Positions 56,582-64,000 of a stretch of DNA of 64,000 nt are shown here, piece after piece (position 1 is the stretch's first letter; every line of letters begins with the position of its first letter). The stretch spans positions 679,423 to 743,422 of the forward strand of contig BDGG01000013.1 in the NCBI GenBank assembly GCA_001949185.1, written 5' to 3'. The notes beneath the pieces are model-generated. The model worked only from the letters and a program-made list of their open reading frames with translations, ran no database searches and was not told the DNA's origin. The translations under genes and the position numbers were made by a program. The stretch comes from Ramazzottius varieornatus (taxonomy: Eukaryota > Animalia > Tardigrada).

Positions 56582-59549
56582 TTATTCCTCCCACGAAGCC
56601 ATCAGACCGCCATGCAGGCCGGGGTGAGCGCGTGGATCATTAGGTAGAAACATCGATGGCAGTGCAGTGCTGTTGTAAGCCAGTAGTTTCTCCATCATCA
56701 ACTCGACAACGTCAGGGTTATCCGCGGCAATGTTATTTCGTTCACAAGGGTCAACCACAACGTCGAAAAGGCATGGCGCCAAATTTGGATCACAAGGAAT
56801 TTCGGAACTTTCACAGCGGATAGCTCCTGGTGTGCTGACGATCAAAGACGTGTTTAGTCCTCCGGGCGGTTCATACCTGGGAAGAAGAGCGGGTACACGG
56901 ACATTTTGCCCTAAAAATGTCCACTGTAATGCTTCATGAACTCCGCGAAGTGACGTCGAATTAAGCGTATGTTGCATGCATCATCTTATCCGTAAACTCT
57001 ACGAGTACTGTGACGTCACTGCGCGAACTTCATGATGTACTACAGTCCATTCTGAGTTTTGCTAAGAGTTACTGTACCAGTCGTCCGCTGATCGTCCTTC
57101 TTTGTCCACGTAAAGACCTTTTAAAAGTTTATATCCCTTCCAACGAAAAGCGTACTCGTTGTTTGTGACGTCGGTCTGAATCAGGAGCTCCTTCCTCGGC
57201 GACGGCGAATCTTCCGAGATCGATTGCCACACATCGAATCCATCTAGTCCAGCTGACGAGTCAACGGCTCCTCCTGCGAGATTGGTAACAGTGGGAAGAA
57301 GATCGGTTATGTGGTATAACTCCGTCGATACCCGACCCGCCTTTCGCAGTAAAGAACTCCAGACCACAGCAGCAACTCTGACGCCTCCTTCAAATCTGTA
57401 ACAGTATTGTCCAAATGCGCCGAACAGCGACTGAGACAACCAAGGAACCTACTGTGTGTTCTTCGCTCCACGTAGCGGCCAATTGCTACCGAACGAGGGC
57501 TTGTTTAGTGGGAACATAAGCTGCTCCGCTGCACCTCCACCGTTGTCCGAAAAGAAAACAATGACGGTGTTGTTGAGGATGCCTTTTCTTTCCAGCGCTT
57601 GAACTACAGCTCCTACCGAATCATCCAGAGCCGCCACCATACCTTTATCAAGAGAAGTGACCAACATTAGATTTTCGTTACTTCTTGTGTAAAGTTCGGG
57701 TCGGTACTACCAGCATATTTCCTTCGTCCGGGGTGTGCGATATGAGGAAAGCGGTCAATGTACTCCTGTGGCACCGGAAACTCGTCGGGCCCGCTTGCCA
57801 CGTGAGGCGCAATATGTGACAAGTATAGGAACATTGGCTGTTGAAAAATCGGACTGATGAAATTAAAACAAACTCGCGCGGAAAATAACCAGTTCTCCCC
57901 GCAAAACTTACTGTAGTTGGGATCTGGTCTTCGATGAGTCGAACAGCAGCTTCCGTGAAGGCAGTGGTTGCGTACTTGCCGACGTATTCATATGCGGGCT
58001 GAGTACCGTTCCACAAATCGAAGCCAGCATACGAACGATCCTTAGGCTGTCCAAAAATTCAAATGTCAGGTTGGCAAACCCTGCCAACTGGTCCACACGT
58101 TGCAGTGGTTTTTTCGTAGGAATCAAATTACCAGGAAGGTATAGTTGTAGTAGTCTATTGACGTTCCATGGTATCCAAAAAATGTGTCGAACCCGCGGCA
58201 TGCTACAGAAGCATCACGTACATTACACTGTCTCTCATAACTACATTATCTGGGTTCCCCCATCTTCGTTCAGATATTCACAACTTCCTTCGTTGTCAAC
58301 CGATTACGACGATTTAAGGACTCTTTACGAGACTAATGTTTACGCTTTGCGACCACGTGACTCACGTGCCATTCTATCAACAAATCGGCTCGTAGTACTC
58401 AGCGTACGAACCTCTGAAACTACCTCGTACTCGGCGCACTGCTGACAGTGCCAGCGGTTCGTACGCTGAGTACTACGAGTTGATTTGTTGATAGAGTGGC
58501 ACGTGAGTCACGTGGTCGCAAAGCGTAAACATTAGTCTCGTAAAGAGTCCTTAAATCGTCGTAATCGGTTGACAACAAAGGAAGTTGTGAATTTTTGAAC
58601 GAAGATGGGGGTGCCCAGATACTTATGAGAGACAGTGTAGGTCCATAACTAAGTCCCCCGATCAAATGATATCTTTTCCCACCCATCTGTTTTACGTACT
58701 TGGTAGCATCCTTCTCTGGTAATATCCCAGATTCCACTGCAAAACAGCGCTTACATGCTGGAACTCGTTACTCGACAAGCCTGAATAACAGCTGTCAATA
58801 GCAGAGAACTTTACCTTGCCGATCAGGTGGGTGCTATATCCCAGCTCTTTCAGATACTGTGGAAAAATCTTTTCGGTCACAGACAGCCCGCGCGGTTCGC
58901 CATTTTTGATAACTTTGTACTGGAGGCCTGCATAAACAAAGATGGTGTGTGATTGTTGCATTTGGCTTCAGAATTGTGCAACTGCAGTATCTCCGTTTGA
59001 CGTACCATGCCTGATGGGGTACTTGCCAGTCATCAACGCGGACCTATAATTTAATTGCACAGAATATCTTTACTATCTCACGGAGCTTGGCTGGACCGAT
59101 ATCTGATACCTTGATGGAGTACACAGGTACTGGGCGTAGAAGCCATTCAGTATTACTCCTTCGTGGGCCAGACGATCGATGTTTGGTGTTGCGATCTCCA
59201 AATACCCATGAAAGCTAACGTCGTTCCAGCCCTGGCAAGATAAAGCGGCGTAAAGCAGTGACATGCTGAGTAAATTTCCAAAGAATCACTTACCAAGTCG
59301 TCGGCGGAAATGAGAATGACGTTGGGCTTTATTGCAAAGCCGGCCTTCTTTGGTTGGCCGTCTGTTGCCGTCGGTAAAGATAATTTCAAATAAAACCTGT
59401 TCAGAAAGCGTTATGATCAAGAACAAAATAAAAAAACTAGCAATTGAAATGCTTGGAATACCAACAAGCCTTACTGACGATAGCAAGATGGCGACAAAGC
59501 CCAAGAGATAAGCTACGAAGATCAGTTTTCTGGCTGAATCCCATTCCAT
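56582..59549 (-). CDS. ARSB: Arylsulfatase B-like sulfatase, multi-exon
   Basis: Signal peptide; [43 protein letters not shown] (formylglycine motif), [69 protein letters not shown]. Confidence 0.92.
56923..57046. mobile_element. MITE family B copy in the last sulfatase intron
   Basis: ACTGTAATGCTTCATGAACTCCGCGAAGTGACGTC ... GACGTCACTGCGCGAACTTCATGATGTACTACAGT. Confidence 0.7.
58224..58639. mobile_element. Foldback MITE with ~185-bp arms in a sulfatase intron
   Basis: Arms 58224-58412 and 58456-58639 are near-perfect reverse complements around a ~43-bp loop; TA|CACTGTCTCTCATAA termini. Confidence 0.93.
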
Positions 59550-60430
59550 TTTTACCCGAGCAAACCCCTCCTACCGGTTATCTGCAAACTTTCAAGTCAA
59601 TTTTTGCGTATCGTACTGCTGGTGCATTTGGCTACTACTGTAGACTCGAAGATGAAAATTAGTTTGTTGAGAGGACAATCGACTTACCCACCGCAGGGAT
59701 CAACCGACATCTGCACCAAAGCAAAACGAAGGTACAGTACGTACATGTTATTCCATCCAACTGGCAGTCAAAAGGCACGATATCTTTCCACCGGCATAAT
59801 AGAGCATAACCCCGTCATTTCCTAACGCAGACAAATGGAACGGTCAACCAGCTGACCTCCATGGCAGAAATATTCGCATAGTCTGCGGTAAGTGTGCATA
59901 TGTGGTAGCGGTGAAAGATGGAATAGAAGAAACTCATGCAGCCCAGTTCTAAAACCACGAAGTAGTTTTAAGTTCAACCCAACCGTATGTTACACAGGCC
60001 TTTCCTCCATTCCTTAGGGCAGATTTCACGCATTTCGGTGTTTTCCCGATGGTCTAAAGCTTTTGTTCGCCTCTGGGCTCCTCAGGCTTCATGGCTCCTA
60101 CGTGTCTCCCTCAAGCTCGCAGGAACTGGTTTGAGTTCAATATATTCACGGCAGACAACCATGTGGCAGAATATGTAGCCTGCTTAGTGACGTAGATGAA
60201 CAAGAATGTCACCGCGCAAAGAACTATACACAGAGGCCGAGAAATCATGGGCCACTAAAAATTATGGACCTAGCATTTTCGCTAGGGCGATACGGAAGCA
60301 TGTACGTACGCGACTCATTCACGCTAACACACTTTCTGTCACTTTTCTCCGTTGGATTTCCATTTTGCCGACTTTTCCGCCTGGCCCACAATCTTTACTG
60401 ACCCATATTTTCTCTTCGTACGTGTTCACT

Positions 60431-61016
60431 TAGAGCTGTTAAAAATCAAAGCAGAACACTTAGAAAATGGTCCGAACGGTTCATGTGGTTTGAGACCTGA
60501 ACCAATCACCTCAAACTATACTGCATCTCAAACCAAACCATGTACGTAAAACGGTTTTGATTTTATGCCAAGCCGCATAGACCACTGGTTAGTATGGTCT
60601 GCGGTAAGCGACAATTTTACACGGAAACCTGCACTAAGACTCGTGCGAAAATGGACCGTCTGGCTTGACCTTTTGCCATTCCGTCTCCGGAACGATCTAG
60701 TTTTGCACTGAAATCAACAATTTTCACACTATTCCTTCATGTCCCCGATGGTTACTTCTTTCGATTGCCCTCTTGGCATTGATCGAGCGGGAGAAGATAT
60801 CAGTAGAATTTCGTCAAGTACCATGGATTGGAAATTTATTTGCAAACCGGTTCAAGCCGGTGTTTATGTGGTTTGGTTTAAATTGGTTTGGTTCGAAAAT
60901 TAGACCAAACTACTTTGGTGGTTTTTGGGAGAAACCATTTTCATTCAACCGGTTTGGCGTGCTAATCACTGCTTCAACCAAACCAAATCATATTGTTCAA
61001 ACCATTAACAGCACTA
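60431..61016. mobile_element. Degraded hAT-like MITE
   Basis: TAGAGCTGTTAA / TTAACAGCACTA ends; many AAACC/GGTTT subterminal repeats. TSD not preserved. Confidence 0.55.
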
Positions 61017-61359
61017 TTTACAAGACTAATACGGGATGTGATGTTCCTTATTAGTGCCGTGTAACTTATATCAGACTTGATTATTTGTACGCGACTTAAT
61101 TAGTATTAATGACGCACTCAGCGAAAAAAGCTGATATATGGGCCGTCTCTGTTCAACTGGCTCCTTTTACTTACGGTAAACAAGCTACTTAAGCACTGGA
61201 ACCAGCAATTTTTGCTCAATAATCAATGGCGGAAAATTACTGAAATTAAAAGTCGGAATTGATATTTGTGGCTCGACAGAAACTAAGTAAGAATTCTTGT
61301 TGGAAAGAGCGTCAAGCAGCCGGTACCCAAAGGCATTCATACACTGTAGGCGAATAAGG

Positions 61360-61534
61360 TACTGTAAAAGGGGGCAGGGCCAAAATCGAGTTTTAACTCT
61401 GACGTAAGAAGTAACAGCTGGCCAAGCTGCAGTCCGGAGACGTGAATCGCAGCTTGATCGGCTGATGGCTTCGGGCCAAATTTCTTACGTAACGGGTCAA
61501 AAATTCGATTTTGGCCCTGCCCCCTTTTAGAGTA
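61360..61534. mobile_element. TA-flanked MITE with ~35-bp TIRs
   Basis: TACTGTAAAAGGGGGCAGGGCCAAAATCGAGTTTT ... AAAATTCGATTTTGGCCCTGCCCCCTTTTAGAGTA. Confidence 0.82.
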
Positions 61535-61998
61535 GCTAATCTACCGATATTGTACTTCTATCTAGTTTGAAAGAGACGTTATTCTGCCCTGCTGTCAAAT
61601 GGCAAACTGGCATCAAGAATTCAAGACGGACAAACTGCAGCTGTGGCGGAACAATGCTCGCCTCTGAAATCTTGTCCGCGCTGGTCCTTGCAGTATCCAT
61701 TGATATCTCCACCTCCGGAAAAACTTTTGGTGCACTGAAAAACTTATCAATTGAGGCAGGTACATCGACAGATTTTAATGCTTCGACGCAGAAATTCTAC
61801 AAAAGAGTGCAAAGAAACAGCTCCGATTCAGGTGAAGTAAACCCAGTGGGAGAAACACTCTACAGTCCAATATCGGCTTGGTCACCTGCTGGGTTCGAAA
61901 TCTGACTCAAAATGGCGGCTACAAGACTGCACCCACGTAGGTATAACAGCACACCCAGTGGTTCAAAGTCTAGCAGGGGAGCAATGCCGACATTTTGG

Positions 61999-62145
61999 TA
62001 CACGCGCCCGCTCTAAATGTGGGCAGGGACAAAAAGGTGGGCAGCTCAGCGAAAGCGGCACGGGCCGGCTGAAGTCGACCAATCGATTAAATCAATCTAG
62101 GAGCACCAATCTCGCTCCGCTACCCACGTTTAGAGCAGGCGTGTA
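61999..62145. mobile_element. MITE related to family C
   Basis: TACACGCGCCCGCTCTAAATGTGGGCAG ... CTACCCACGTTTAGAGCAGGCGTGTA. Confidence 0.65.
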
Positions 62146-63223
62146 TACTGAATTTATCTTAAGGTAATCAGGGGCACGGTATGTCTGAATAATTAAAACC
62201 AATAGCATTACAGAACCAACCAGAAGCGGGACAGCAGAGTCTTCCATCTTTGTGCCGAAGCAAAAAACTTGTTTCTACCAGCGATCGATTTTTATCGAAG
62301 GCGAAAGTAAGGAGAAGTAAAAAGGTGGCCTTGAAAGCGAACGTTGACTGTAAGCGCGATCCTGATGAAAGTCATCCAGCCCAAGGCGCTTTTGAACATA
62401 CTGTTAACACTTAAAAGACCGCGCAATTCCGAGCTCTGGGAGTACAAGGGGGTAGATCACCTTCCTCAATTTTTGACTGGCTGAAATCGTGGGGTGGGAT
62501 CAGATCGGGTCAATCACCACATGTACGCTTCGCATTCCTCGAGTAAGATGCGCCACTAAGTGAATCCCAGTGCCAGACCTTTCCGTTTTTGCTGCGACCA
62601 CTGGTAACGCAACATGGAACATACTGAAGATTCCAAGACGGTACCAATGTACTAGCTCTCTGTCCAATTTTTAACACTTAGAATACCAAGGGTACAACTC
62701 ACTTGTCCGGCGCACAGTTACCTCGCTGTTGAAACTCTCCTGTTCCACTTTTACGTCTCGTTTTTTCACGTTTGACTGAGAGCTACATTTCTCTATCCAG
62801 TCCACCCAGCGACCACCGGCTAAACAGTGGGCAAAAAGTGTGAAATTTTTCTGAAAAATTAGTCGTAAAATGCTGTTCGTACACAAATCCAATTCTGTCT
62901 GGCGTATCGTTTGACACAATGACTTGGAAAAAATTCAAGGCATACTAGACTGTTTTCTTTACAGTTCATAGTTTGTTTCGTTAATACTGTGCTTGCCCAG
63001 TGGTCAGAAAGAAATATGGCGCTTGCATGAAACAAAACACTATGTGGCGCAGTCTATGACGTCATACACGCTGCTACCACTAGTGGCACAGTCAAAGTTA
63101 CGATCGAAAAATGTAAAATTTGATTTTACGCTTTCCGATCGCAGCCACTTAGCCTTCCTCTGTTCTTCGTCGACAACATCTTCTTCGAAGCTTTCTGTAC
63201 GGTATTGTGGGATTTTGTGCACT

Positions 63224-63696
63224 ATGGAAGCTCAGCGAGAACTGGAGACAGCTTTCGGAAATCAAGGGTACGTTTTTGTCGATTTTCAAATGGGATTTCT
63301 ATATGGCATTCTAACATCAAGCTCTGCAATTACAGATTGACTCTTCCTCCAAAATTACTGCTTTTCATGGAGAAGGCTTCGCATGGTCTCGAGGGAAGGG
63401 AAGCACGATTCGCCATTTACAGAGCCCTCTGCAGTCAGATTTTCGTAAGTCGGATTGATGTGTTTTGTCGTTTTCTGTTTGTCTGCAATGTGAACGAAGG
63501 TTTGACTGTTGTCGGTGATTGCTTTCAGGACGTTGAGCAATCCATGGCGCGAGCTGGACCAAAGTCTGTTCTGATGTATCCTCCTGCCCTGCTGGAATAC
63601 ATACGGAAAATTCACGGCGGGGAAGTGGCTGGTGGTTCGGGAAGAGGAAAGATGATTGTCACGCTAGAAACTATTGCTCTGATGAAATGGTGTTGA
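63224..63696 (+). CDS. Small 3-exon orphan protein, ~106 aa (exons 63224-63267, 63336-63444, 63529-63696)
   Basis: Canonical GTACGT and GTAAGT donors, TACAG and TTTCAG acceptors, in-phase joins; AATAAA downstream (~63834). Confidence 0.55.
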
Positions 63697-64000
63697 TTAT
63701 TGAATGAGTTACTTGAATTTGATCAGTTGATTTGTTGTTGATGTTACAGTCTGGTGCAAAATGGAGTAGCTTTTTTGATTGATTAGCCATCAGTGAGCTC
63801 TGAAACTCCTTCATGGAAACAACGTGTCAGCACAATAAAACAATCAAAATTAGTCAAGTGCATCGAATAAACTGACGGAAGTGTTGCGCTTTTCATAGAT
63901 ATTTATGAAATTAATTACTTCCAAGAGCGTTTCTTGTACGCCTCGTGCTTTTCTTCTTGGTTTGCGAGTTTCAAGGTATGGACGTTAAGGAGGAGGAATC

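Noticed and set aside
58071-58737. Two near-identical ORFs on opposite strands
   Set aside because: An artefact of translating the foldback element.

Overview
Eukaryotic (animal) genomic DNA from a compact genome with many 50-90 nt GT-AG introns. An invertebrate is inferred from the chitin synthase, the gustatory receptor and the intron size; a tardigrade is a plausible guess but the sequence does not prove it. Host genes: a gustatory receptor-like gene (11.3-12.9 kb), a BEN-like orphan (16.2-18.4 kb), a full-length chitin synthase homologue (20.1-27.1 kb, minus), an aminergic-type GPCR pseudogene (33.5-36.9 kb), CLCC1 and TBCD head-to-head, FAM20C, an arylsulfatase B-like gene and a few small orphans. 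Mobile DNA is dense: a two-gene PIF/Harbinger element, a dead pogo/Tc2-type element with related MITEs, an intact DD34D mariner, a Ngaro/DIRS remnant split by a hAT MITE, and many short foldback elements. The most notable observation is the chitin synthase. It appears intact (about 11 exons, about 1,570 aa by manual splicing) and its scaffold aligns closely to arthropod CHS, yet every canonical catalytic motif is replaced (EDR->NEQ, QRRRW->ETQRD, DGD->SGA, CATMWHE->CAFLNGT, SWG lost), making it a candidate chitin synthase pseudoenzyme. Other notable points are a family of about 70-bp intronic hairpins and two Harbinger genes whose stop codons abut with no spacer. All exon models were spliced by hand and family assignments rest on remembered motifs, not on database searches.
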